Source: Octopus sinensis
Taxonomy: Eukaryota
Assembly: GCF_006345805.1 (NCBI RefSeq)
Contig: NC_043015.1
Coordinates: 34,286,001 to 34,350,000 of the forward strand
Direction: 5' to 3'
DNA length: 64,000 nucleotides
Positions 25,914 to 39,147 of this stretch are shown here, in pieces. Below the pieces are notes generated by a model that did not search any database, was not told the origin of the DNA, and worked only from the letters and a program-made list of their open reading frames with translations. Position numbers and translations under genes: made by a program. The stretch's first letter is position 1. Every line of letters begins with the position of its first letter.

Positions 25914-25944
<31 letters not shown>

Positions 25945-26344
25945 TCTTCTTAACTTCCACTTGTTATTTGTTTAGGAATTCTGACAAGCTGTTCTTCCTG
26001 CATAGAAGATGTATGTCACACAAACTGTTACACATAAATAATCTCCGTCGTTGCCACTTCTTCAACTCTACCCCTGCATTCAATCAATCACCTGTTCAAT
26101 GTTTAATTGAAGCAACTTATCTCACATTATCCCATTCTGTCCCTGAACTCTTTGGTACTGAAATCAGCAAACTGGCCAGAATTCTACAAGTAGTCTACAT
26201 TTAAAAAAAAATTTTATATTATGGTGGTACTCCAGCATGACCACAGCCACCTGGCTGAAACACATAAACGAATAAAAGAATAAAAGAATATATATATATA
26301 TATATAAATTTATTTTCATCGCTGCTAGAACAGCTGACTGGCTT

Positions 26345-26690
26345 CCATGGCACATAAAAAGCACCATTCAAATGTGATTGTTACTAGCATTGCCTCATTG
26401 GCACTTGTGCCAGTGGCAAGTGAAAAACATTCGAGCAACATGCAGGTAACACGTAAAAAACACCACTTGAGCATGACTGTTGCCAGTACCACCTGACTGG
26501 CCCTCATGCCGGTGGTATGTAAAAGCACCCACTACGCTCTTGGAGTGGTTGGCATTAGGAAGGGTATCCAACTGTAGAAACTATACCAGATCAAGATTGG
26601 AGCCTGGTGCGACCATCTGTCCAAACTGTCCAACCCATGCTAGCATGGAAAGTGGGCGTTAAACGACGATGATGATGGTGGTGGTGGTGG
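26345..26690 (+). mobile_element. Interspersed repeat with an RTE-type 3' tail ending in (GAT)n
   Basis: AAAAGCACC subrepeats, then TTAGGAAGGG.ATC...CCCATGCYAGCATGGAAAG..GAC/GCRTTAAAYGA.GATGATG. The same tail occurs at 44540-44720 and 31810-31845. Confidence 0.6.
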
Positions 26691-26802
26691 TGGTGACGAC
26701 GACAACGACGACGATGATGATGATGATGATGATGAAGATGGTGGTGGTGGTGGTGGTGGTGGTGGTGGTGGTGGTGGTGGTGGTGGTGATGATGATGATG
26801 AT

Positions 26803-26841
<39 letters not shown>

Positions 26842-26848
26842 GTGATGA
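26683..26848. repeat. (GAT)n / (GGT)n compound microsatellite
   Basis: Read directly. Confidence 0.95.
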
Positions 26849-28790
26849 TATATATATGAAAACAAATTTATTTCAACATCATTTCCAAGATCTCAAAGTG
26901 GAAATATAAATAACAATCTATTTCCTCCCATTCAATTATTCACAACTCACATTCTCCTTCATTGTTATAGATTTACTCTCAACTCTGTCCTTTATTACAA
27001 TATTTAGTCACAACCCATCCTCTTTCATCATGTCACCAGTCTCATCCGCATCACCACTTTTAGCATAGTTTCTGTAGAGTGAGATGTATTAACATTTTCT
27101 CTCCTACATAGTGGAATCATGGCAACTTCATTCTTCCTGTGACACCAAGAAATAGTTTACACCACATCCTCTGTACAAATAAATAACCCAAAACTAAACC
27201 CTCAGGTTATTGCATACAATCTCTGAGTTTCTCTCATGGACGACTCTTATTGCTCAGACATTATCTTAAACAATTTGGTTTATCTTCGAGATGAGAGAAT
27301 ACTTTGTCTCTTATCAGCTGCTGTTTCTATATTAAACTCCAGATTGATATTGGGAAAATGTTCCTTCATGGAGGGATAGTTCTGCTACTGCTACACACAC
27401 ACACACACACACACACACATGAAGTTTTTCAAATAAATGATTGGCAAATACTCATTTACCAACTCATTACAAGCACTGACTCACACACATTATTTCTTTT
27501 CCCTCTATCTCTCTCTTTAACTAAATTTTCTTGCTATTTCATATGTACATGAGGAGGTATTGTTGTGGTTACTGTATCTATGTGGTCAACAGCAATGTCG
27601 CTCAGAAAAGCTCAAACCAGTATCCAAAGTTTCAAACTGTTTAGCTTAAAAAAATTAATTAAAAATCTTTGACTGAGATTGAAAAGATGCAAAGTTCAAT
27701 GAGTTTCAACATTAAGAAAAATTTAGTTCAGGAGAAAAAATAAAGAGACGAATATATTGCTCTCACCAAAAATTCTTTATAGAAACCCTACAGAACACAA
27801 CATATCATGAGAACTAGTAGAACTGAACTAATATATGTGCCAAATAGAAGCATGGTAAAAAGGAAGCATGGATGCTTGCCCATTGTTAATAATTCCTCAA
27901 CTCTAGCTTCTATATTGTCAAAATGCAATCAAATAGAAACATTTGCAAATTTAATCTATTCTATGGTGTGAAGTCTGTTTTTACTTCTTTTTCCTTTTTT
28001 GTTTGTTTTGGTTGCCTTGTATATTGTAAGATTGTTGACTGTGAGTGAAACCGCCTGTATGGGGAGGAAGTGTAGAGGTTGGTGACATTGTCTCACTCTT
28101 CAGTGCTTCTCCTGCTACTTACTGTCTTTGACCAGTGTCCATTGTCTTGGCTCCCTGCTAATCTTGCATTCCAACTAATTATTTCATACATGTCTTTAGA
28201 TTTGTTTACCCTGTTGTATCCTAGCAACTGAGAATGCCAAAGCAGTTGCAAGGTTTGACTGAAATGAAGTTTGTTATTCATCTTTCTCACTTTGTTATCT
28301 GATCTGTTACCATAACAGAAAAACTGTATTCGTTGACAATCAAAGTGAGAATTTGAGTTCAGTCCCAGTAAAATATAGTGAAATACAAATTAAGAGATTT
28401 TTGCTATACACCCCCCCTCCACACACACACTAAAGATACCAAAATGTCAGGTAATGATGTAAAAGTCTAATTGTTTTTATTTCCCTTAAATGTCCAATTC
28501 TCTTAATTTGCCTATCCTTGTCATTCAACCAATGCCAATATTGTCAACCAAAACCTTTTGGATAGGCATGGTTGGAACGTTTTTGATAGTACATTTGTTT
28601 GGTCAAGACTGACCTGAGGCTAAACAACATCTTCAAACCCTCATCCTCACACACAAACGTTTCATGCCACTTTACATGCAAAACCTCAAAACAAAAATAC
28701 CTTTATTAAGCTTTTACCACTTCTTAAACAAACCCTTGCCAAGAAAGAACCTTCAAGAATTGAATGTTTTTCCCTTTTCCCTTGTTGCAG

Positions 28791-28980
28791 GTTTTCTTCT
28801 GTTATCTGCCTGGTCTTGGGTAATTCTTTGTGCACCGGACTTCTTTTCTTGGAATTTTGCTTTTATGATAATAAATGGAGTCCAGCTTCTTTTAATAACC
28901 TACCGAATCCGTCCGGTGAAGTTTTGTGATGAACTTGAAGAAGTCTACATCAGCGTTTTCCAACCACTGAGAGTTCCAAG
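28791..28980 (+). CDS. bves: Popeye gene coding exon 2 (TM2-TM3 and start of cytoplasmic part)
   Basis: Polypyrimidine tract and ttgcAG end 28790; donor AG|GTAAAT at 28981. G|GT-FLLLSAWSWVILCAPDFFSWNFAFMIINGVQLLLITYRIRPVKFCDELEEVYISVFQPLRVP matches the POPDC pattern CALDIMIWN...KKRPVK...LFEPLRVP. Phases 1 and 2 fit the neighbouring exons. Confidence 0.95.
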
Positions 28981-30179
28981 GTAAATATATCAATGTTAAC
29001 ATTTATCTTGCCCAGCATACATATTAATCATTCAACTTGTGTTGAACTGAGCAGAAAGCCAATTAGGAAAGGTTTTTATAACACTGAAGGTGAAATAGAA
29101 TGTCACTCCTACTTACCACCACCACCACTGCTACTGCCTCCACCACTGTCACTGCCATGACCACCACCACCACCATCAGCACTACCACTTTTGCATGTTT
29201 CTAATTCATGCTAACTCATCAGATATCAATTCATGAGCATCAGCATTATTTTATTATCCTTTCAGTCAGTTGACAAAGTCTTAAGGGACACAAATGTTGC
29301 CACTCGAAAACAAAGAACATAACGATTGGAAATACCATGAATTCAAAGAAACCTATCCTATTTCTCAATATTATCCAAATGTGAGGAGCAGATGAAAAAC
29401 TTTTGTCAGCTCTTGGAAGCAATATTCCTTACATTTTCGAAATAGACGGCAATATTTCTTAATGCATTTATTCAGTATAAATCTTTGTTGGGAACAGTTA
29501 TTGAGATAAAATTAGATCAATTGGCGTTTTTAAGAAATCTCAAGGGAATATCTCTATTCTACATGATTGATAAATGTTCAATAATTCTGAAAAAATTTCA
29601 GCTAGACTGTGTTATGCTGCTAGCATAAGAAAATTTCTGGTTTTGATTGGATAGTATTGTATATATTGTCCTGTTATTGGATGAACTAAACAAATCTTTA
29701 GCTAGCATGGAGAGAAACTTTTTTCTGGCTTTCTCTTCTCTTCAATAAAATAGGAATTAAAAAGATGTTGTATAAAGGAAACAAAGCAATAGTTTATATC
29801 ATAGTAGCTTAGACAGAACTTTTGAACAATAGAGCAAAATTCAATCATAGGAAGAGAGTAAAATTTCTGTAAATCTAAAATATAATTTCCCTTTAGTTGA
29901 ACACTGGGCTTCAGGATCTGTTTGTGTTAATTTCTGGCTAACCCAGCCTCACTTTCATTTCAGTTAGATTTCTTTCTATTGCAGTTGACAAAAAGCATTG
30001 AGAGGTTTTGGTAGACATGATCAATGTTATTACACACAATAATCAAAGAGAGATGCAGTTCATTTCTGAAGATTAGTTATTTAATGGCTTGCATTTCTGG
30101 CCTGGGTCAGCAAAACATAGAACTATAATAAGACTCCCTAGATCAGAATGCTACAGTCCCTTCATTTTTATAGAAATGT

Positions 30180-30620
30180 TCCAAATTGAAATCCCCTTGA
30201 GGCAATGTACATATCCAGGAGACATGACAGATATGTAATAATCTACATATGGAAAATTCTGGAAGGGTTTGGACTGAATTTCAGCATTGAGTGTTATACA
30301 AATGCCCAAACTGGACACCCTTATAATGTATCAAAGGTTCTGTCCACACCATCAAAACTGAAGACCAGGTACTGCAATAGCTTTTGGTTCAAAGGCCTAA
30401 CAGCTCTTCCATGCCCTACCACAGAAATTAAGAAACCTACACAAAGTGGACGTAGATATCTTCAACAAGAATATCATCATCCTCTCCAGAATACCAGATG
30501 AACCAATGACTGGCCCAGCATGAGGTACAAACAAAGGCAGTGGTGTCGAACTTCCTCATACCCCAAATGGGCCAACCACCAAATGCATATACCCAAGTGG
30601 TGATGTGAAACCCTACACTC
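30180..30620 (+). mobile_element. CR1-like LINE 3' end
   Basis: SRRHDRYVIIYIWKILEG..LNFSIECYTNAQTG...RYCNSFWFKG resembles the CR1/L2-type SLERRRERY.IIY.WKILEG..PN C-terminal region. Confidence 0.65.
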
Positions 30621-30796
30621 TGAAAAAATCAGTCAAAGACAAATCATATGTAAAAGTGCAAAAGCACAGAGGTACTCCAGCATGATCGGAGCCACATGAC
30701 ACATGGCACTGAAATGACTAAAAGAATTTATTTATATCTTCCCACCCTCTACACCGGATGTCTTTCGCTCCTCCCACCACCATTACCTGATCTCTA

Positions 30797-31111
30797 TTCT
30801 CTCAACCCCTCCTCCTCACTGGGGCTGTTCTCTATATATTACCTGCACACTTTCTCTCTCTCCTGAGACAAATGCAACTAGACCAGCTGTCCACCCACCC
30901 ACCTACTTAACTGGCTATCTTTCAATTCATTCTGTCTAGAAATTTTGTCACCAGATGTCTCTTCTCTCAATCCCCCCTTCTCAATGGTGCTGTTCCCTAT
31001 ATTACCTGCACCTTCTCTTTCTCTCTCCCTCTACTTGGACAAATGCAATCAGGTTATCTGCCCACCTACTTAACTGACTATCTCTCTTTTCATTTTTGTT
31101 CTGTCTAGAAA
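30797..31111. repeat. Diverged tandem duplication, period ~165-170 bp
   Basis: TTCTCTCAA...CTATATTACCTGCAC...GACAAATGCAA...CCCACCTACTTAACTG.CTATCT...TTCTGTCTAGAAA occurs twice. Confidence 0.8.
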
Positions 31112-31130
31112 CAGGCCAACAACTACCCAG

Positions 31131-31715
31131 ACCAGCCATCTGCAGACTTAGTCTGTGACACTCAGTAAGCTGTTCCATAAGAATTTCCAGCTACCTTCTA
31201 TGTCCAAGGCCTGTAGTTCCTCCTCTCTCTCATCAAATTTCTTGATGAGGATGTCCCTAAATCTCTGACCATGTGAAAGGTTCTTTAGCTTCCAAATCCT
31301 TCTCTTCTCGATTGGTCTGCTTCTTGGTATCTTCCTGGTCTCGAGTCGAAAGTCACTAATGACTGGTCCCTTCCAGACCTAGAGTTACGTGGTGGTGGAA
31401 TAATACAGTAGACAAAGCCATCAGAGCAAAGAAACAGGCCTGGAAAGCCTGGAAAGGTAGGGGTAGCAGGGAACCATACCAGATAGCCAAAAGGGAGGCT
31501 GAGCGACAGGTATACATAGGCAAGGGTGAAGCAGGAAAGAAGTTTGCCAATGACCAGTTATGTGAGGACCAAAGAACTGAAGTATTCCGGATTGCGAGAC
31601 AGTGTGTGAGAGAAAATTGTGATGTCACAGGAGAGAAATGTGTCTGCATGGATGATGGTGCACTTGCTTTTAAGGATTTGGAAAAGAAAGAGACTTGAAG
31701 GAGCCATTATGAAAG
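31131..31715. mobile_element. RTE LINE fragment with an internal inversion (31131-31363 on -, 31364-31715 on +)
   Basis: Minus strand: ISDFRLETRKIPRSRPIEKRRIWKLK...LLSVTD*VCRW. Plus strand: VPSRPRVTWWWNNTVDKAIRAKKQAWKAWK...RSHYERL. These appear to be consecutive parts of the RTE EN-RT linker. Confidence 0.75.
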
Positions 31716-32968
31716 ACTAAGGTACCAAGACATCTACATTGCTAGAAATAAGAGTTAAAATACTCTTAATGCTATAAATATGTATGTGTGTGTGTGTCTG
31801 GTGCAGCTCTCCAGCATGGAAAGCAGACATCAAATGATGATGATGATAATTCTCTCTCTCTAATATATATATACGAGAGAAAGAGAAAGACAGAGAAAGA
31901 GGGAGGGAGAGAGAGAGATCTTTTACCAAGCAGGTCCTAGTGAAAAATGTTTGAATATAATGCTCAACCCTGACTGGATGCAAATGGTAGAAAGAAGTGG
32001 AATGATCATATTCTTGTATTTTGCATATGAACATTTAGCTGCATTCTATACTTCTGCATTGTTGTTGCAATGTGTAAGAATTGTACAAATGAAAATAAAA
32101 TCTCAAAAAATGAAACCGTTATCATGTCCATATGACTTCCCATTATTTTTTTCACATGCAACCATATAAAACGCACAGATGCACACCTACACACAGACAT
32201 TTCTTTACATGAATTTCCACTCAATGAATAACTAAAACCCATTTAAATGTAAACTGACAGAAAGATGAATATCAAAAACCAGGCAAGAATGATACGGTTT
32301 ACAATAAAGCAATGGAGCAATGATTTGAACTAGGTGGGCAATGGAGAAAACGAAGGTTAGAGTTGATAAATGTTAAAAGGGTTTGGAGATGATAGAAAAT
32401 TCGTTTTTCTTTATCTGATGGAAAAATATATATGAAATAAATTTGTGGTGAAAATGTTATAAATTTATAAAATCACAATTTTATAAAAATATAGAATTTT
32501 CAAAGAATGGTAAAGTAAATCAAATAGATTCAAATAGATTAGAAATGAAATGGATTTAAAAATCTGAGAATATAACAAATAAAATAGAATAATGTGCTGG
32601 GATAAAGTGAAATTAATTGAAATAGTGTAAAAGGAATTGGTGTTAACAGAGCATTGATCTGATAGCCAAAACAGTAGAAAGCAAGCAGGTGTTGCTTGGA
32701 ATGTTACCTGAAGTGACGAGAGTTCTTCAGATAAGAGTTTCGGAAATCAAACAAAGAAGGCTGTAAAGATTCATAACGCTTTTTTGTTTTTTTATCCAAT
32801 TGAAAGCAGAAGCAATATGTGTTCCATGTCGTTCATAGCAGGGCAAGAATTTAACAGAACTGACCTGAGATCTAAACTTTTCGAATTTTATTCGGTTTAA
32901 CTGGATATGAGTTTAGACATGAAGATTCTCTAATGATTTGGCTTGGATGGACCAAATAATTTTGCACG

Positions 32969-33367
32969 TAGGTGCAGGTGTGGCTGTTGTGGCAAGAAGC
33001 TTGCTTCTCAGCCACATGGTTCTGGGTTCAGTCCTACTATAGGGTGCCTTGGGCAAGTGTCTTTTACAATAGCCTCAAGTCAACCAAAGCCTTGAGAGTG
33101 GAAAGAATTCTGTTGTGTATATATATATATTTGTGTGTGTATATATATATCTTTGTGTCTGTGTTTGTCACCCACCATCACTTGACAATCGATGATCTTG
33201 TGTTTACATCCTTGTAAATAGTAGTTCAGCAAAAGAGACTGATAGAATAAGTATTAGGCTTACAAAGAATAAGTCCTTGGGTCAATTTCTTTGACTAAAA
33301 ACCCTTTAAGGTGGTGTTCCAGCATGGCCGCAATAAAATGATTGAAACAAGTAAAACAATAAAAGAA
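32969..33367 (+). mobile_element. Near full-length tRNA-derived SINE with an internal (TA/TG)n tract
   Basis: tRNA-like head GGTGCAGGTGTGGCTG...GGGTTCAGTCC, body shared with the 715 and 16790 copies, 3' AAAACAATAAAAGAAT tail. Confidence 0.75.
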
Positions 33368-33938
33368 TGGGATCAGTCAGCTCTCTGATTAACCAAATAT
33401 ACTATGATGACACAGTCACACAGACACTTTGAGCGTTAATGAAGGAATGTCCATGGTGGTACATCCATAATTTAATAAAGGATGACTTGCATAAAGAGTT
33501 GGCATTAAAGTGATAGTAAAATACGTGATTTGTCTACCAGTTACCATCAAGTTATCCCGGGTATATGTAAAATTTGAATTGTGACTGCTTTTTCCAGTTT
33601 CTAACACACACACACACACACACACACATGCATGTGTGTATATGCACACACATACAAACACACCACACGTGCACATGTATATATGTATATGTATGTAAAC
33701 ACTTTAAATAGGATATCAATAGCCCCCCCCCCCCCCAAAAAAAAAACAATTATTCTGGTAACAACTCATCTCAAAAATTTATTTGTTCAAAAATCTGTTT
33801 ATAGAGATCATAGGGTCTTTGTAAATGTCAGTGTAAAGAGGTCAGAAGGTTAGTGTAGAGGTCATTGTGTAGAAGCCAGTGTAATGTTTTTGTTTTTACA
33901 TAGTTGAATCCTTTTCTCCTGTCTTTCTTCTGTTGCAG

Positions 33939-34061
33939 ATCACTGTTCAAGAAACTGACACATGCAGATTACTGCACTCTAATGACTCTGTACCAAGGCG
34001 AGTGTTATGCAACACAGTCAATCACAAAGACAGACAAGTTGGGTTTACTAATATCTGGAAT
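33939..34061 (+). CDS. bves: Popeye gene coding exon 3 (Popeye domain, N-terminal part)
   Basis: tgttgcAG ends 33938; donor GTAAGT at 34062. 123 nt encoding (R)SLFKKLTHADYCTLMTLYQGECYATQSITKTDKLGLLISG(M), which aligns with POPDC1 LFRRLTGQFC..TLKKGQTYA.EDKT..DRLSILLKG. This frame is not in the supplied ORF track. Confidence 0.92.
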
Positions 34062-34699
34062 GTAAGTAACTGTCTATCTGTTCAGCCTTTCGAGATGTCT
34101 ATCTCATTGGGTCTCTTAGACTTAGACTCAATATTCGAAAATACAGCAACACAATTAAATTAACAACTAATATTCACAACAGTTATTGTATTAATCTTGA
34201 CTTGTGTTTTAGTGAAGTTCAAATGAAATTAAATTTGACAATAATAACACAAAAAACTCTTATCTACCTCTCTCTCTTTCTCTTTCTCTCTCTCAAATAT
34301 ATATATATATATACATGTATATCTCTCTCTATATATATAAATTCACAAAGGAATATAAGTATAAAAATCACATTAGTGATTTTTATCAAGTAGTCAGCCT
34401 GCTATAAAAATTTATAGGCAATTAATACATTAAATTGATAATAATTTACATATGTATATAATTATACAAAGGGAGATCAGGTGAAAACAATCTTTCTCCA
34501 GCATGCTTGAAGTACCAATACCTTCAGAAACTCCAGCTAAAATATACATGTAGCTGGGTTAGTGAGAGAAAATTAAAAAGAGACCTCATGTTAATTGTGA
34601 ATTGGTTCCAATTTCTGGATTGAAGCAAAAAAGAAGACCTTTCCAGTACTCTGTGGACAGAGATAGAGAGAGAGAGGGAGAGAGAGAGAGAGAGAGAGT

Positions 34700-35246
34700 A
34701 ATAAACAAGTGAAGAAAAATATAGAGTGAGTGTGTTTATTTGCCAAAAAATTTTGGAAACAACATGCTGTACTACTTGGCATTCATGCCGGAAGCTCCAA
34801 TATGTACATTTCAGAGTGTTTGGGTGTCAATCTGAGGAGAGTGCAGAGGATTCAGAAAGAGTTGGATGAGTCTAATGGGGATTACAAAGGTACGGCAGCA
34901 TGGAAAGCTCACTCTGGTCGTTCTGATAAGAAAAGAACTCCTAAATTTGTTGGTGAGATCCAGGCCATGATTGATAACGATCCCTGCAAGTCAATCAGAA
35001 CTTAAGGCAAGGATTATGGAAGCATTCACCAATTTAAACAAGAAGACCATCCAGAAGTGTTGCAGGAGATTCCGAAGCCATCTGGAGGCCATGGTTGGGG
35101 TCAATGGCGATTTTATTGAATAAATTTACTCTTTAGAATTTCAAGATATTTTTATGTCATTTTGGTAAATATATCTGTTAAAATGAGATGTCAGTGTTGT
35201 TTTCATTTTTGCATAATTTAGATGACAATTTATTCGCCGCACCCTG
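34700..35246 (+). mobile_element. DD37D/maT-like Tc1-mariner element, internally deleted
   Basis: N-terminal LLGIHAGSSN..ISECLGVNLRRVQRIQKEL...KKRTPKFVGEIQAMIDNDP jumps to a C-terminal remnant; end TTCGCCGCACCCTG followed by TA. Confidence 0.75.
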
Positions 35247-35998
35247 TATATATATATATATATATATATATAGGTATGGTGATACAAAAAGGAAAAATAG
35301 AACTGAAAATATGAGCGTCTCTTGGCCCTTGAGTCAGTCTGTTACTTCTGCTAAATAATATATATGTATATATATATATAAGTGATAATGCACAAAACTC
35401 TGGGCCTTTGTGTTACTCTGTTGCTTCTGCTATATATTAATAAAATAATATATATATACTCATGTGTTGAGTCCTAATTTTCATGTTTGCATCCTCAAAC
35501 CTATACACACACACACACACACATTATATATGTGTCTTTATGAATACGTGTGTGAATGCGCACACGTGTGTGTGTATATATACAGAAATGTATATATATA
35601 TCTATGTGTATCTTGAATGTCAAACAAGATAAAATTTATTGAAGTAATCTTTGTTTCCACAGTATTTTTCCACTTCTTGAATATTTAAAAAGATAATTAA
35701 AAATTTAAGCACAAATTTATACAAAATCGAAAATTTTAGGCAATTCTAAAGTTGTCTGGATTAAATTTATTTGCTATTTTTTATTCTTATTTTTGTATAG
35801 CTTTATAATTGTTTTTATAAATTTCTGTTTAATAATCTCAACTTTATATATATTTTTCTGACACTAGTTTAATGATTGTCAGAAATAAGTGTGAAAGAGG
35901 CAAAACAGACTGAAGTCTGCAATTGTTACCTTGTGAAGTGTATCAATGGAATACTGATGGCAATTAGTGTGGAGATGTTAACCACAGAATACTGGAGG

Positions 35999-36066
<68 letters not shown>

Positions 36067-36719
36067 TCGTTTGTTCAGTCATTTATTTAGATGGAAATAA
36101 CTGTGTAAATATACAGAGATACAGTAGTTGGGTGAATAGATGGATCTACATACATGCAGACTGATAGAAAGACAGGCAGACAGAAAGACAGAGTTGATGG
36201 ATGGACAAATCGACAGACATGCAGATAGATTAAAAAGACAGACCGATGGAAAGATAGGGAATCAAGCAACTTGGCAGATAAGAAAACAAATAAACAGTTT
36301 GAATGGGTAGATAGTATCAAGGTATTGACTGTTTATGGAGACAACACAGTGTGTAGACACTCGACTTTTATCTATATGTAATGACTGTAGAGAACTATGA
36401 GCTTTAATATATTCCCAAAATAAAGAAGCTTTACAGATTCCCTTAACCTGCTAGAAACAGGAGTCAAGTTTCCTTCAGTTTACCTCTGTCATTGTAAAAA
36501 GGTACCTTAAATAGTATTTGACAATATAAACATAAATACATGAAACTTGGCAAAAGATTAGATGGTTAAAGTTTGAATGCATTTAACCATAATTTGACTC
36601 CATCAGAGCTGACCAATGATTATACAACAGCAACAACATGAATTAAACCATTGTGCCAGGTTTTGTGTCTCTTCCCATGTCTCCAAATGTCTCCCCATAT
36701 CGTTATTGTCTTATTTCAG

Positions 36720-36825
36720 GCTCAGTGTATACAGTAGCAGGAACTTCCTCCATCATATCTGTCAAGGGCAGTTTATTGACACTCCGGAATTTGAGTCAAG
36801 TGTATCTGGTGAAGAGAAGTACCAG
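36720..36825 (+). CDS. bves: Popeye gene coding exon 4 (cAMP phosphate-binding cassette, FIDTPEF...YQ)
   Basis: ttatttcAG ends 36719; donor CAG|GTAAAG at 36826. LSVYSSRNFLHHICQGQFIDTPEFESSVSGEEKYQ compared with POPDC1 [24 protein letters not shown]...EKFQ. Confidence 0.95.
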
Positions 36826-37009
36826 GTAAAGTTCTCTCTTAATACTCACATACATACGCATACATATTGTTTTAAGATACATTTGTACATACAAAGAAAA
36901 ATACAGAAGTCTATTGAAATTTTGGTAAACAAAATTTTACTCTCTTCAAACACAATAAAAAAAATACTGTCATTACAACGAACTTCAAAGCAAAGGGGTT
37001 GCAATTTGA

Positions 37010-37370
37010 GGAGAAAGGTTGCCAGATGTTAGGGGTGATGTAGTTGTGGAAATTGTCTGGACATCCATGACTGGGTTCTCCTGCTTGTGCAGCATGGGGC
37101 AGAGTGTTGTTGCCAGACATAGGATCTTCCAATGGCCACCTTATTGACCCAGGGCAGCACTACCTCCTTCAGGCACATAATAATGTAGGCCTCCATGTTG
37201 AGTCTGATGCCATGTGGGAAGATGAATGGAGGCATAACATCACCATCACTAGTGATCACTCCAAAGACCATGATGCTGACTGAATGTTTGATTTTTATCA
37301 CTCTTGGTACATGTTTTGGGGATATGGTAAGCGAATGGTTGTTCTGTGTGTTCAGCATCTGTTCATATTG
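37010..37370 (-). mobile_element. DD37D/maT transposase catalytic-core fragment
   Basis: IMVFGVITSDGDVMPPFIFPHGIRLN..AY...LKEVVLPW...YVWQQHSAPC.TSRRTQSW, then NIW..FSSNCNP in another frame. Confidence 0.75.
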
Positions 37371-38348
37371 GAGCTTCTGACATGATTACCAAGCAGTACA
37401 GCATGTCATTTCCAAATTTATAGCAGAGTGAATTGCGTTATGCAACTATTTTTCTCACAGATGGTGCCCAACTGACCCTACTATACTGTATAGTCAACAA
37501 CATGAAAGACAAACAATGTGTATGCACCAAATTAAAAATATAAATTGGCGACAATTTACCCATCTCACCCTGGGCCTTTATGCCCACTACCCTCTGCATT
37601 CACCACCCTCCCCACTACCTGTACTGCCAGTCATCACTCTGTTTCATTCTCTTGCTCCTCTTCATCCACTCATCCTCACTCTTCCTTTGCCATCACTCAA
37701 TCTCTTGGGTTGTATAATCATCTGCCATCTTTCTTGCTAATATTGTCTTCAATGTGAATACATGTCCCAGAATGCTGAGTTCTTCCGTTACTCGTCTCAC
37801 TTGCCATTACCATTCATCCCTCTGCCAGTCGTGCCACTATCACTCATGCTTCTCATTCTCAAAATTTTTGGCAAGTAAATTCAGACATAGAGTCAAGAAG
37901 TCTCTTTAGTCTTGTCAAAGTAATGAGTACTTCTCATGGTATCACGAAAAATGTACCTAGAACACTGTGAAGTTGATGTTCAGCAGGGCATTCGGTCATA
38001 GAAGAAACCATGCCAAAAATTGAAACCCATGAGCAAGAGGTGGTCTTCCAGGCCATCTAAGTGAGCATTACTTCCAGACATGTACTGATTCCAATTGTGA
38101 TACTCCATGTAATCTATGTGAATATGAAAAGTGGACAAGAAACAATGATGAGGAGGAGGAAGAGAAGGAGGATGTATGCATACAGCTATATATTTACCTG
38201 TTTGGGTTTTCAAGCAAGAATTTGAAGCATTCAGTAAACACTTTTATTAAAATTATGTACTTTGTTAAATCTCTGTGTTAAATCTAATTGTTTCATGCAG
38301 TTGAGATTAATCATCCGTATATTCATCAGCAGGTACAATAGAGTAATG

Positions 38349-38388
<40 letters not shown>

Positions 38389-38397
38389 CTCAATACC

Positions 38398-38634
38398 TAT
38401 TTCTTTACTACCCACAAGGGACTAAACACAGAGGGGACAAACAAGGACAGACAAATAGATTAAGTCGATTACATCGATCCCAGTGCACAACTGGTACTTG
38501 ATTTATCGACCCCCGAAAGGATGAAAGGCAAAGTTGACTTCAGAGGAATTTTAACTCAGAACGTAGCGGCAGACGAAATACGGCTACGCATTTCGCCTGG
38601 TGTGCTAACGTTTCTGCCAGCCCCTCGCCGCCTT
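38398..38634 (-). mobile_element. Young full-length SINE with a 16-bp target-site duplication
   Basis: TSD CTCTCTCCTCAATACC at 38382-38397 and 38635-38650; many CpGs intact. Confidence 0.9.
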
Positions 38635-38994
38635 CTCTCTCCTCAATACCACTTCCATCGTTATTCTGTTAATCCAACTAAAACCAATGGACTGTTTTCA
38701 CATGCTTTTATGAGAATCACACTTATAATTCCTAGAACCATCTGAAGAACCGAAAGAAGAAATGATTCTAATCTTTCTGTTTTAATAAATTACTTTGTTC
38801 TGTTTTATGTATTGAGTACTTTTTCATATACCCTTCCATGCTTTCATTTCTCATATGTATACATGTGTGTGTGTGTGTCTGTGTCTGTGTCTGTGTGTCT
38901 TTGTCTGTGTGTGTGTGTCTGTGTCTCTCTGCCTGTCTGTCTTTCAACATATGTTAGTATATCATAGTTTCTCTTTGTCTTCTCTCTGTTTCAG

Positions 38995-39147
38995 GTGTCT
39001 ATAGTTGCTGATACCACATGTCGTTATATTTTCTGGTCACGACACAGTTTAGAATATTTAATGATCAAGGAACCATACCTGGCTACTGTTCTTTGTCTCA
39101 TATTTGGCCGTGACATCACAAATAAATTATATGCCCTAAATGAAAAG
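38995..39147 (+). CDS. bves: Popeye gene coding exon 5 (Popeye domain, C-terminal part)
   Basis: ctgtttcAG ends 38994; donor AAG|GTGAGT at 39148. 51 codons VSIVADTTCRYIFWSRHSLEYLMIKEPYLATVLCLIFGRDITNKLYALNEK compared with POPDC1 VTIIADDNCRFLCWSRERL...IGKDITNKLYSLN. Confidence 0.95.

Noticed and set aside
33933-34163. Supplied ORF MQITVQETD... as the coding frame
   Set aside because: The true Popeye exon 3 uses a different frame, fixed by the splice phases.
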